IMG/VR virus record: IMGVR_UViG_3300020152_000001
Location: 1-44,765 of that record
Reading direction: 5' to 3' (one strand)
DNA: 44,765 bases
Origin: a virus
Taxonomy: Duplodnaviria; Heunggongvirae; Uroviricota; Caudoviricetes
Of the stretch, positions 13,748 to 22,052 are shown piece by piece (position 1 is the first letter of the stretch; every line of letters starts with the position of its first letter). A program made the position numbers and the translations under genes. The notes beneath the pieces are model-generated. The model ran no database searches. It was not told the DNA's origin and saw only the letters and a list, made by a program, of their open reading frames with translations.

Positions 13748-14383
13748 TTATCCGTTGGCGGTCTCCCTTGCTTCCTGAGTGAAACTGAGGGCGATTAGGT
13801 GCAGTGCTGACACTGCCCGGCCGTCAGCGAATTTCTGAGGGTACTTCGCAGCGACATAGTCACACCACGAATCCCACCAATAAGCAGAGTCACCATGCGC
13901 GCGCCACGTTGCGTTATAGGTGCGGATTCGCTCTTGAACCGTTGCAACAGTCAGCGTCTTAGGCGTGCGGAAGTGTGTGGCGCTGAGGCCTAGGCGCTGG
14001 AGGTTGTTTCCGTCCAAGCAGGCGCCGCGCCCTATCAGCATTTGCGCAAAAAACGAGGCCTTCACAATCTGAAAGCCCGGAACGCGCATAAGGTCCAATA
14101 CCAGCGAGTCGAGCGCGTCGGGCGCCTTGCTGCGGCGGGCCTTGTTAGCGCGCTTGCGAATCTCTTCAGCGTTCGCAGCAAGGTAGGCGAACCCCTCGCG
14201 CTTCCATCCGAAGAGGTATTGCGAGCGTTCGCCCATAAGCGCGATAGAGCGCATTTGGGACGGCATCAGATAGAACGGCTGACGGATAGACAACAGCGTC
14301 AGCAAGCCGGCGCCGAATACAGCGCGCGAGTCGTGCTCGCATGCGGCGTTAATCGCGGCGCAATGTTCGCGGAAATAGCTCAT
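13748..14383 (-). CDS. early phage protein, HhH-glycosylase-like
   Basis: LMRVPGFQIVKASF followed by CLDGNNL resembles the HhH-GPD motif and its Asp. Confidence 0.6.
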   Translation of the reverse strand: MSYFREHCAAINAACEHDSRAVFGAGLLTLLSIRQPFYLMPSQMRSIALMGERSQYLFGWKREGFAYLAANAEEIRKRANKARRSKAPDALDSLVLDLMRVPGFQIVKASFFAQMLIGRGACLDGNNLQRLGLSATHFRTPKTLTVATVQERIRTYNATWRAHGDSAYWWDSWCDYVAAKYPQKFADGRAVSALHLIALSFTQEARETANG

Positions 14384-14523
14384 TGCCGGCGCTCCGATTC
14401 CTTGGCATCGCGTGCGGCCTTGCGCGCTTCGAAGCGTTCGCGCTTGTCTTGCGCGTCATAGTCGCGAGCGGCGGCCGAACGGCGCCCCTCGAATTCATCG
14501 CCGCGCCTGTAGGTCTTGCCCAT
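14380..14523 (-). CDS. small charged protein (47 aa)
   Basis: Own translation MGKTYRRGDEF...; GGGAG RBS; ATGA overlap; promoter at 14549-14577. Confidence 0.65.
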   Translation of the reverse strand: MGKTYRRGDEFEGRRSAAARDYDAQDKRERFEARKAARDAKESERRQ

Positions 14524-14548
14524 TGCCTAGCTCCCTAGCGGTCTCTTA

Positions 14549-14577
14549 CGCGTAGCAAGTCCTGCTTACGGTGGCAA
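14549..14577 (-). promoter_or_regulatory. early promoter
   Basis: TTGCCA-N17-TACGCG with CGTAAG in spacer. Confidence 0.6.
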
Positions 14578-14609
14578 GCGGAAATTGCGCACGCGTCAGC
14601 GAAAAGAGC

Positions 14610-14775
14610 GTTAACGGCGGCGGGTGTCTAGGTAGGGTTAACTGCGGCGGGTGCGTTGGGTAAGGTTAACTGGCCGCGTGTCTGAGTTAAGGTTAACGCG
14701 GATCGGGCTAGGGGCTAACGTTAACGGCGGCGGCTGCGGCGTTAACCATGCCTCTTAACTGCGTTGGGTGTTAAC
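14610..14775. repeat. degenerate 27-28-bp tandem array of GTTAAC palindromes
   Basis: GTTAAC at 14610, 14637, 14665, 14692, 14720, 14741, 14770. Confidence 0.8.
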
Positions 14776-14875
14776 GGCGTTGGGTTGCGGCGAACGCCGC
14801 GAACCATGCAAGCGCCACAAGCGCGACGCCAGCAAGCGCGAGCGCCGCGCCTGCGCGGTCTAAGGCGCGGCGCAT
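14771..14875 (-). CDS. possible small membrane peptide
   Basis: ATG overlapping the upstream stop region; hydrophobic stretch. Confidence 0.4.
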   Translation of the reverse strand: MRRALDRAGAALALAGVALVALAWFAAFAATQRR

Positions 14876-15057
14876 TGCACGGCGCCCGCGACGCCAAACG
14901 CCGCCGCAGCAAGCCCTAGGGCGATAAACAGAATGGCGGCCAGCATGAAGACTCGGCATGCGTTATCAACAAACACGCTGAGGGCGCCGTAAGGCTCCCA
15001 TGCAAGCTCCCATGCGTCGGCGATGCGCTCTAGGCGCGTGAGTTTGCGTTTAGGCAT
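14860..15057 (-). CDS. small membrane protein
   Basis: AAGGGAG RBS; C-terminal hydrophobic helix. Confidence 0.65.
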   Translation of the reverse strand: MPKRKLTRLERIADAWELAWEPYGALSVFVDNACRVFMLAAILFIALGLAAAAFGVAGAVQCAAP

Positions 15058-15253
15058 GATAGACTCCCTTAGGGCCTGAGTATTCGCGGAGAGCGCGCTC
15101 CAGGTCCGCCATGTTGCGAACGGGGCGCCCGCGCATTTGAGCGGCGCGGATAGCGGCCTTAACGAGGTAGTGACCTTTCGCACCGAGGGCGCCGCGCATA
15201 TGTGCCGAGTCCAGCGCTTTGACGATCGCGTAACCGTTGACTTGCTTGGCCAT
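15050..15253 (-). CDS. hypothetical protein
   Basis: ACAACGGGAG leader; promoter at 15279-15307. Confidence 0.7.
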   Translation of the reverse strand: MAKQVNGYAIVKALDSAHMRGALGAKGHYLVKAAIRAAQMRGRPVRNMADLERALREYSGPKGVYHA

Positions 15254-15278
15254 TGCCTTAGCTCCCGTTGTGTGTATA

Positions 15279-15307
15279 GGCGTAACACACACTTACGCGA
15301 GGCGCAA
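15279..15307 (-). promoter_or_regulatory. early promoter
   Basis: TTGCGC-N17-TACGCC; CGTAAG both upstream and in spacer. Confidence 0.6.
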
Positions 15308-15417
15308 GCGAAACTTACGCCCGCAAGGCAAGAAAGAGGGTCAACGCGAGTTAACGCGTCGACCCTCTCAAGTGAAGGCGCCTAAAACAACGGGAAAGCG
15401 GGCGCCGGCGCTTGTCT

Positions 15418-15648
15418 CTAGCGTTCGCGTTCGCAGGTCAACAGCACCTCGACTCCGCCGCGCTCCGCGACTTCGAGCGCATAAGCGCAATCTTGCGCGC
15501 TTAAACCGGAGTCGAGCGTTTCAGCTTCGAGCGTCGCGCCTTGCGCGTAGTAGCTCACTAGCTCGAAGCGCGGGACGTTGACGCGGTCAACAATCCAAAG
15601 GCAAAGCCAAAGCGCGGCAACGCCGCAGGCGAAACTAAGCCAGCGCAT
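15418..15648 (-). CDS. small membrane-anchored protein
   Basis: TAATG overlap; N-terminal hydrophobic helix. Confidence 0.65.
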   Translation of the reverse strand: MRWLSFACGVAALWLCLWIVDRVNVPRFELVSYYAQGATLEAETLDSGLSAQDCAYALEVAERGGVEVLLTCERER

Positions 15649-15998
15649 TATTTCACGCTGACGATTTGGAGGCGTTCGCCGAATTGCGCCTGAGCTTGCT
15701 CTAGGCGCGTCGACTCCTCTGCGGCGTCGAATTCGCGCTTCCAACGCCGCTTAGCGTAGCCGGCGAATGCGCGATCCTTTGCGCCACGCGGCCGGAATTC
15801 AGCCACGAAAAAAGAGCGGCCGGGGTGAGCGCTGCGAACGTACTTGAACGCGGTATCAAGCGCGGCGTTCAATTCGTCAGCGTTGCGCGCTTCGACTTCC
15901 TGCCGATAGGGCATAGGATCGAGCGGGCGATGGGTGCAGGAAGTGTAACCGTCCCGCTTCTCGAATTCGCAGAAGTGAGCGTAAATCAGCACGCGCAT
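15648..15998 (-). CDS. hypothetical protein
   Basis: GGGAG RBS; coupled to neighbours. Confidence 0.7.
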   Translation of the reverse strand: MRVLIYAHFCEFEKRDGYTSCTHRPLDPMPYRQEVEARNADELNAALDTAFKYVRSAHPGRSFFVAEFRPRGAKDRAFAGYAKRRWKREFDAAEESTRLEQAQAQFGERLQIVSVK

Positions 15999-16156
15999 TG
16001 CAGAGTCTCCCGTTCCATCTCACGCGCGATAAATCCGCGCTCCAATTCGCTCGAAGCTTGTTCAAGCCACATGCGTTTGAGCTTGCGAGTCGGCGAGGTC
16101 GCAGCAAGGCGGAGAGATTGCTCCGCTTGCTCGAAGTAAAAACGAGAGGCGCGCAT
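15995..16156 (-). CDS. hypothetical protein (53 aa)
   Basis: Own translation MRASRFYFEQAEQ...; overlaps at both ends. Confidence 0.55.
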
Positions 16157-16320
16157 TAGCGGGCGCCTTTCGTCAGCTTGGCGCGCATATCAGCCGCCAC
16201 ATGCTTGCCTTGGCGATAATCCGCCACCGGCGGAACCTGAGGGCGAATGTTGCGGCCTTCCCAGTCTTCGCGCGTTTCTTGCGGGGCGCGGATCAGGTCG
16301 GAAACTTTGCCTTTGAACAT
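16156..16320 (-). CDS. hypothetical protein
   Basis: ACAACGGGAG leader; promoter at 16344-16372. Confidence 0.65.
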   Translation of the reverse strand: MFKGKVSDLIRAPQETREDWEGRNIRPQVPPVADYRQGKHVAADMRAKLTKGAR

Positions 16321-16343
16321 TTTCGTTCTCCCGTTGTGTGTCT

Positions 16344-16372
16344 GTTGTAATTCAGACTTACGCACTAGGCAA
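16344..16372 (-). promoter_or_regulatory. early promoter
   Basis: TTGCCT-N17-TACAAC with CGTAAG in spacer. Confidence 0.6.
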
Positions 16373-16433
16373 GCGAAAATTGCACGCCAAAGCAGGAAAA
16401 GAGAGTCAACGAAAGTTTAACTAACGCTCCCGC

Positions 16434-16883
16434 TTAGTGGCGCGGATCGACTCCGCGTTGCTGACACGCGGCGCGATAGTCCGCTAAGGCCTTGCGCTTC
16501 ATTGCCACGCGCTCGCGGCGCCGTGTGTGATAGTCGCGGCATTGCTGGCGCCATTTGTTCGCCCAGTCCGACTCCGTTGGCGTCAGTAGCTCCAGGATCG
16601 ACTCCGGACAGCGCGCGATATAGGGCCCCATATCCTCGCTTTGCTCTTTGACTCCGAACGTGTAACCGTCCGCCGCGCTTGGCGCGAATTTCAGAATATG
16701 GGCAGCCGCCCAGACTTTGCGCGTTCCATCCGGCGCCACGTGCTCGACTGCGGCGTAAAATTCGTTCCGCGCCACGATTCCGCTTTTCAGCACGCGGCGA
16801 CTCCCGTTGGAGTCCGTCCAAGTCAAATTGCGCTCTAGGTCCGCTTTGACGTTGGCGGGCTTGGGGTAAAACGTCCAACCCAT
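16434..16883 (-). CDS. DUF6927-like protein
   Basis: MGW start; FGVKEQSEDMGP..CPESILELLTPT..W..KWR motif. Confidence 0.7.
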   Translation of the reverse strand: MGWTFYPKPANVKADLERNLTWTDSNGSRRVLKSGIVARNEFYAAVEHVAPDGTRKVWAAAHILKFAPSAADGYTFGVKEQSEDMGPYIARCPESILELLTPTESDWANKWRQQCRDYHTRRRERVAMKRKALADYRAACQQRGVDPRH

Positions 16884-17245
16884 TAGGCCGCTCCCGCGCC
16901 AACGGCGCCGGCGGCGCCCAGATAATGCGAGATGTCCAAAATATCCGCGCTCCCGTCCGGATAGCTCACGAAAACCGCTAGCTGCGCTGCGGCGCGGCCG
17001 TGAACGGTAGCAATCTCGCGAAGAGCGGCGCGCGTCTCTTCGGAGTCTTCGCAGGCAATTTGATAGGTGACTCCAGGCTCTTCGAAGAGCTTACCGGAGT
17101 CGTCAATCCATCCGCCGAACGAGTCCAGCGCCGTAAAGCCGCCAAAGCGCTTGGCAATGGCGCGACGCAGTGAGTAGTGGACGGCTTTCAGGTCGGCGCC
17201 GTCGTTATCCGCCTTAGGCAGGATGATTTGAGCGAGTCGCAACAT
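16883..17245 (-). CDS. ferredoxin-like small protein, SAM-lyase-like motif pattern
   Basis: GGFTA..GGW..G.L.EEP..QLAVFV; ACAACGGGAG leader. Confidence 0.6.
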   Translation of the reverse strand: MLRLAQIILPKADNDGADLKAVHYSLRRAIAKRFGGFTALDSFGGWIDDSGKLFEEPGVTYQIACEDSEETRAALREIATVHGRAAAQLAVFVSYPDGSADILDISHYLGAAGAVGAGAA

Positions 17246-17269
17246 GTGTTAGCTCCCGTTGTGTCAGCA

Positions 17270-17366
17270 TGCGTAACACGTGCAATTCTGACTGACAAGC
17301 GGGAAACGTGACTAACTCGCCTTAACGTCGTTTTCGCTTGCTTTTGGCGTAAGTGTGCGTTACGCG
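17270..17366. promoter_or_regulatory. divergent promoter pair
   Basis: Minus strand TTGTCA-N17-TACGCA (17270-17298); plus strand TTGCTT-N17-TACGCG (17338-17366). Confidence 0.6.
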
Positions 17367-17389
17367 TAAGACCTCAACGGGAGTCTGCT

Positions 17390-17527
17390 ATGAACGCACA
17401 AGCTAGAGAAGGCATCGCCGCAGGCCTCGCGCTTGCCGCAATCGCGCTGAAGCGCGAAAAGGAAGCCAAGGCCGCCGCGTTGCTGGCGTTCGCTCGGAAC
17501 CCTCGCAACGCTAAGGAAGTCCGCTAA
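17390..17527 (+). CDS. hypothetical protein (45 aa)
   Basis: CAACGGGAG leader; own translation MNAQAREGIAAG... Confidence 0.6.
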   Translation: MNAQAREGIAAGLALAAIALKREKEAKAAALLAFARNPRNAKEVR

Positions 17528-17528
17528 C

Positions 17529-17843
17529 ATGCAACAGCACGAACGCGCCGTAATTTCCAAGATGATCAGCGACGCGCTGGCGCTTGGCTACGTTGTCAGC
17601 ATTTGGGAGGGTGAAGGCTGGGCGATCAAACGCAGCGCCGACAAAGCCGCGATTCTCGCCGCGTGCGCCTCAACCGATTCTGACAATTTCATTTTTCGCG
17701 ACGCCAGCGGCGAACGCGTCGGCGCCGTCCTAGTCGTCTACGGGAACGATGCCGGGGAGACGATCGCCGACAATACCGACAATGAAGCCATAAACGCGCT
17801 CTTGAAGGGCGCGGAAGAGCTGCAGGAAAGGCAAGCCGCGTAG
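17529..17843 (+). CDS. hypothetical protein
   Basis: 104-aa ORF coupled to the upstream gene. Confidence 0.75.
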   Translation: MQQHERAVISKMISDALALGYVVSIWEGEGWAIKRSADKAAILAACASTDSDNFIFRDASGERVGAVLVVYGNDAGETIADNTDNEAINALLKGAEELQERQAA

Positions 17844-17878
17844 TTAGCGGCCGGTGACCATGCCGTCGATCGAGGCAC

Positions 17879-18160
17879 ATGGTTAACCGCCTGGGCGTTG
17901 GGTAGGGTTAACGCCGGCCGCCGCCTGCGTTAACGTTAACGGGCCAGCTCCGGCCCCTTAACCCTACTTTTCAAGCTTAACAGGCCACCGCTGGCCGGTT
18001 AACCTTAACGCCGCAAGTGATCGCGTTAACCTTAACTTTCAACCTTAAGCCATTAACCTTACTTTTTAAGATGAACCGCCCGAGATCGCCGCGTTAACCT
18101 TACCGCTGCCGCCGATCGTCGGATTTTAACCTTAATGCGACCTCCCAAATTAACCCTACC
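17879..18160. repeat. dense TTAA / GTTAACCTTA array with inverted halves
   Basis: About 16 TTAA in ~270 bp of a high-GC genome; TAGGGTTAA on the left, TTAACC(C/T)TA on the right. Confidence 0.8.
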
Positions 18161-18168
18161 TAGTTCGC

Positions 18169-18323
18169 GCCAAAACTCGACCGTGTCATGACTCGCCAAA
18201 ACGCTCCCGTGTCATGATTGGCCAAAATGCTCCCGCGTCATGACGCCCCAAAACGCGCTCGTGTCATGAACTGCCAAAACGCTCCCGTGTCATGATTGCC
18301 AAAACGCTCCGGTGTCATGATTG
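18169..18323. repeat. six 25-26-bp tandem direct repeats (iteron-like)
   Basis: Consensus GCCAAAACGCTCCCGTGTCATGA-NNN at 18169, 18195, 18221, 18247, 18273, 18298. Confidence 0.9.
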
Positions 18324-18604
18324 TGCTCGGCCGCTGGGACATCGCACCCGCTGCGGGGATCAGCTGGCGCATCTGGACGTTGGGATGGGGCATGACGACG
18401 AACGGCGGGGACGACACGACGCAGCGCAGTCTCCGCTGCAGCACCGGGGTTGAATACGGCGATACCGTGCTCGATCTTAACCAATTCAGGGTGGGCCAAA
18501 GGCGCAACTACACTGGTGCGTTGGGTGTTGGCCTTGGAAGCCCGGCGACTACCGGCGCCGGCTCGACTGGAGTCGTCCTGCCGATGCCGATGCGCTCGGA
18601 CACA

Positions 18605-18853
18605 ATGTCGCCCGAGAAGTTCCGCGAGTGCCTTGCCGTGATCTTCGGCGGCCACGGCGCCCAGACGATTTTCGCCCGAGGCGTCGGGCTCAACTTCTCC
18701 ACGGTGCAACGCTACCTCAGCGGCAGCCTGCCTATCCCCCAGCACATTGTCGTGCTCGTGCAGGCTCTCTACCAGCTGCGAATGGCTGGCCAGGAGCTGC
18801 CGCCGGCCTTCCGGCAACGGCGGGACGATCGCCGTCGAGCTGACGGCGGCTAA
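18605..18853 (+). CDS. XRE/Cro-like HTH protein
   Basis: MSPEKFRECL..QTIFARGVGLNFSTVQRYLSGSLPIP; the longer 18296 start runs through repeats. Confidence 0.7.
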   Translation: MSPEKFRECLAVIFGGHGAQTIFARGVGLNFSTVQRYLSGSLPIPQHIVVLVQALYQLRMAGQELPPAFRQRRDDRRRADGG

Positions 18854-18880
18854 ATCGCACGTTTTGACCCCGGCCCATGT

Positions 18881-19012
18881 TAAAATGGCCAGGGTCCCTG
18901 CCCCATCTCAAAATCTAAAGGGTCCCCGTTCCAAAATCGCGAGGGTCCCCGGTTGAAAATGCCCAAGGTCCCCGGCGACATCTAGGGCCCCCTTCGAGAT
19001 CGCAAGGGTCCC
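18881..19012. repeat. phased AAAAT-N4-5-AGGGTCCC repeats
   Basis: AGG(G)TCCC-like motifs at about 18891, 18919, 18942, 18965, 18984, 19005. Confidence 0.75.
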
Positions 19013-19131
19013 CAGGGGGACAGAAAATCCTTGTTTTAGGACCGGCACAAAAATCCAATGATTTCACGCGTTTAGGCCCCCGGTCAGAAAAACCGAGGGC
19101 CCTAAGTGTCAGAAAATGTGCAGGTTTTTGG

Positions 19132-20904
19132 TTAATTGACCACTTTTGCCGCCTCGGCGGCGGCGGCCCGGGCGGCGGCGACGAGTTCATTGACCTCGCC
19201 GGGCGTGCCCATCTGGGCGGCCTTGGGGGCGTCTTCGGATTCGACGCGGGTCCCCTGCTGGGCGCCGGCGTGCGCCGCCCCCTTCAGCTTCTTGGTCCCG
19301 CCGCTGCGCTTGTTCCGGGCCCACGCGAGGTACTGCGATGTCGAGTCGACTTGGTCGTCATAGGCCGTCGAGCCCTCGCCCGCATACTCGAAAACCTCCT
19401 TCTCGTACTCGGCCAGCCACAAGGCGCGATTGGGGAGGACGACTTCGCCGAGGCCGAACATCGGAGACACGCCATCGAAGCGAAATTCCTTCGACAGGTT
19501 CGTGATCTCGATCGGGATGATGATCGCCGGCGCCAAGCCGCGCCGTTGTTGGATGTATTGGGTCCCTGAGCCTCGGTCTTCGACCAGGATAGCCGTGCTC
19601 ACGCCTGGGAATTCGTTCTGCCACGCCCGTGTCGTGTTCTCGATCAGGGAGATCAGGTCATCGAACTCGACCTTGGTCCGCTTCACGTCGACGAGGTAGT
19701 GCCGGCGGTCAGTGGTCTCGATCCAGACGGTTACGACCGTGTAATCGTGCCGCTCCTGGGCCTTGTTGGCGGAGTCGACAGAAATCGTCAGCCGGCGGAC
19801 GATCGGCAGCTCGCCTGGGAGGTTTCTCGGCAGCTCGTCGTACCGGGCGATCTCGCCCTTAACCATACCCCCGCCTTCATTCGTCGGGGACCCCTGATAG
19901 AGCGAATTCCAGTCGCGTGCGGGGATACTCGCCTTCAAAGCGAGCAGGTATTCCAAATCGAAAAGCTCTGGCCAAAGTGCTTCGCCTTCGGCTCGGCCAA
20001 GCGGGTCGTTAGGCCCGGCGACGGCCGGCAGGTTGATGATCGTCCAGGGGTAGCCCTTGCGCTGCTTGTGCAGCTCTTCGACACGGCCGCAGAGATCGTC
20101 CTCATGCCACCGTGTTGCCACGATATACATCGGGCTCCGGGGCAGCAAACGCGTTGTGAAGTCAGCGGAAAACCAGTCCCAGACCTTCTTGCGAACGATC
20201 TCGGATTCGGCGTCCTCACGGCTGGCGAACGGGTCATCGACGCCGGCGCAATGGGCGCGATAGCCGGCGATGCCTTGGCCGACGCCTTTAGTCGCGTAAC
20301 TGCCACCAGTGGTGAGCGCCCAAAACCCGGCAGCGTTGCTGTCACGGGTAATCCCCACATCAGGGAAAACCAGTTTGAACTTCTCTGACCGCACGATTTC
20401 TCGCACGGGTTTTGAGAGTTGGTCCTCGCAGAACTTCTGAGTGTGGCCCGCCTGGATGAATCGCCGACGAGGATTCCGGCCAAGCCACCATGCAGGAAAG
20501 CGGTGACTCGAATACGTCGACTTCGCATGCCCTGGTGGCATGCTAATCATCAGTCGGATGATCTCGCCTCGCGACATCGCCATGAGGTTGTCGCAGAGGA
20601 AAAGATGGTGACGTGCCGGCGGCTCTTCCGGGTTCATGAACTCCGAAAAGGCGCTGAAGTCGTCGTAGCTGGCCTCGCAGAGCTTCGTCAGATACTCAGC
20701 TTCGAAGCGCTGATGCATCTCTTCGAGCGCCATGAAAGCGCTCTCGGGATCATCGGTGCCGGTGAGTTTTTCGACGTGCGGAAGTATCGCGGCGTCGATC
20801 GGCTTCCCCTGCTGAAGAGAAGCTTCGACGCTGCGTTGCCACGTCACCATCCGGGCGAGTGCCGAACGATAACGGATGCGCTCTTTTATCGGGAGGTGAG
20901 CCAT
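19132..20904 (-). CDS. terL: terminase large subunit
   Basis: ISMPPGHAKS (Walker A), GVDDP (Walker B), TRWHEDDL, SVDSA nuclease motif, DDQVDS. Confidence 0.95.
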   Translation of the reverse strand: MAHLPIKERIRYRSALARMVTWQRSVEASLQQGKPIDAAILPHVEKLTGTDDPESAFMALEEMHQRFEAEYLTKLCEASYDDFSAFSEFMNPEEPPARHHLFLCDNLMAMSRGEIIRLMISMPPGHAKSTYSSHRFPAWWLGRNPRRRFIQAGHTQKFCEDQLSKPVREIVRSEKFKLVFPDVGITRDSNAAGFWALTTGGSYATKGVGQGIAGYRAHCAGVDDPFASREDAESEIVRKKVWDWFSADFTTRLLPRSPMYIVATRWHEDDLCGRVEELHKQRKGYPWTIINLPAVAGPNDPLGRAEGEALWPELFDLEYLLALKASIPARDWNSLYQGSPTNEGGGMVKGEIARYDELPRNLPGELPIVRRLTISVDSANKAQERHDYTVVTVWIETTDRRHYLVDVKRTKVEFDDLISLIENTTRAWQNEFPGVSTAILVEDRGSGTQYIQQRRGLAPAIIIPIEITNLSKEFRFDGVSPMFGLGEVVLPNRALWLAEYEKEVFEYAGEGSTAYDDQVDSTSQYLAWARNKRSGGTKKLKGAAHAGAQQGTRVESEDAPKAAQMGTPGEVNELVAAARAAAAEAAKVVN

Positions 20905-21452
20905 TAGCTGGCTCCGTCAGCGGCCTCGGCGTCGCGCTGAAGTTCGTCGTTGAGTTGTGCGTTCTCAGTGAGGTTGTCGAACTCATCGAGAAGCGAACGA
21001 GGCGGTGGTTTAGCGCCTGCTGGTTGTTGCCGCTGTTGCGTCGTGCGAGCACCCGGCGGCGGATTTTTTGGGTCTTGCGGCGGGTCGTCGTAGCCTTTGA
21101 GCTTCGCCAATTCCTTCAGCGCGGAGACGGCGGCGGCCGGTGATTTTTTGTTCAGCTGGAAGTCTTCGACGATCTCTTTGTAGCGGTTGATGATCCACTC
21201 TTTGTTGATGCCGTCTTCGGTCTCGGTTTCGGCATTTAGATCGGCGGCGGCGGCGCGGCGGCGCTCTTCGAGATCATGGAGTTCGTTCTTGATCTCTTCG
21301 ACGCGTTCAAGGATTTCCGGCCGGCGAAACAGCTCGGATGCGTTGCCGTTGTTGCGGGCATAGCCCGCCTTCTCATAGGCATCGGCCTGCGTCATACCGC
21401 GAGCGCGATATTGGCACGCACGCTCTTGGCGATCGTTGGCGAGTTTAGGCAT
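20904..21452 (-). CDS. terS: terminase small subunit
   Basis: QERACQYRARGMTQADAYEKAGY..ASELFRRPEI HTH; TAATG-coupled to terL. Confidence 0.8.
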   Translation of the reverse strand: MPKLANDRQERACQYRARGMTQADAYEKAGYARNNGNASELFRRPEILERVEEIKNELHDLEERRRAAAADLNAETETEDGINKEWIINRYKEIVEDFQLNKKSPAAAVSALKELAKLKGYDDPPQDPKNPPPGARTTQQRQQPAGAKPPPRSLLDEFDNLTENAQLNDELQRDAEAADGAS

Positions 21453-21491
21453 GGAGGATCACAAGTATTAGGCGCCGTGCGGCTGCGAGTT

Positions 21492-22052
21492 TCAGCTGCC
21501 GACGAGGAGGACTGGAGAGGCATCGCGGAGCGCTCCGCGAGGCATGAGCCCGAGATCAAGGCAGCCGTAGAATGCGATCATCGCGGCCTCGGCCTTGTCA
21601 GGCGTGGTGATGGAATTGGCGCAGAGCGGAAACAACTCTTTCGCCCGGGCCTTGCTCTCTTGCTTGTCGCGCGGTGCCCGGAGTTTCGCCTTCCAGGTTT
21701 GCGGTCGCACGTAGCTGATGGGGATGTCTCGACCGACGAGTACGCCCTTCACGCCGAAGGCGTTGGCTCCGAAGTTGAACGCCGAAGTCACGCCCATCTG
21801 CGGCGATGCGCTGACCTCTTCGATGTACGCGTGCGTTGGGTTCTTCAGGCCGATGAGCCGGCGGATTTCGTGGAGGTCGACGTAGTCCTTCGTCTTCGTT
21901 CGCGTGATCGAAAACTTCGGCATCGCGTAGATGCAAAGCGTCGACCGCTCCGGGTCGATAAAGGCCAGGGCCCCGTTCTTGCCGGGGTCAATGCCCAGGA
22001 CGCAGGGCGAGGACGTTTGGTCCGAAGAGTGAGACAACATTCGAGGAGGCAC
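21492..22052 (-). CDS. RuvC-like Holliday junction resolvase
   Basis: VLGIDPGKNGALA, YIEE, PQTWK, KAEAAMIA motifs. Confidence 0.88.
   Translation of the reverse strand: MPPRMLSHSSDQTSSPCVLGIDPGKNGALAFIDPERSTLCIYAMPKFSITRTKTKDYVDLHEIRRLIGLKNPTHAYIEEVSASPQMGVTSAFNFGANAFGVKGVLVGRDIPISYVRPQTWKAKLRAPRDKQESKARAKELFPLCANSITTPDKAEAAMIAFYGCLDLGLMPRGALRDASPVLLVGS

Noticed and set aside
17879-18160. CtrA full binding sites
   Set aside because: No TTAA pair has the N7 spacing; only isolated half-sites
18169-18323. CRISPR array
   Set aside because: Repeats are contiguous with no unique spacers, and no cas genes are in the window
18296-18604. N-terminal extension of the HTH ORF
   Set aside because: Starts inside the tandem repeats without an RBS; HTH similarity begins at Met 18605
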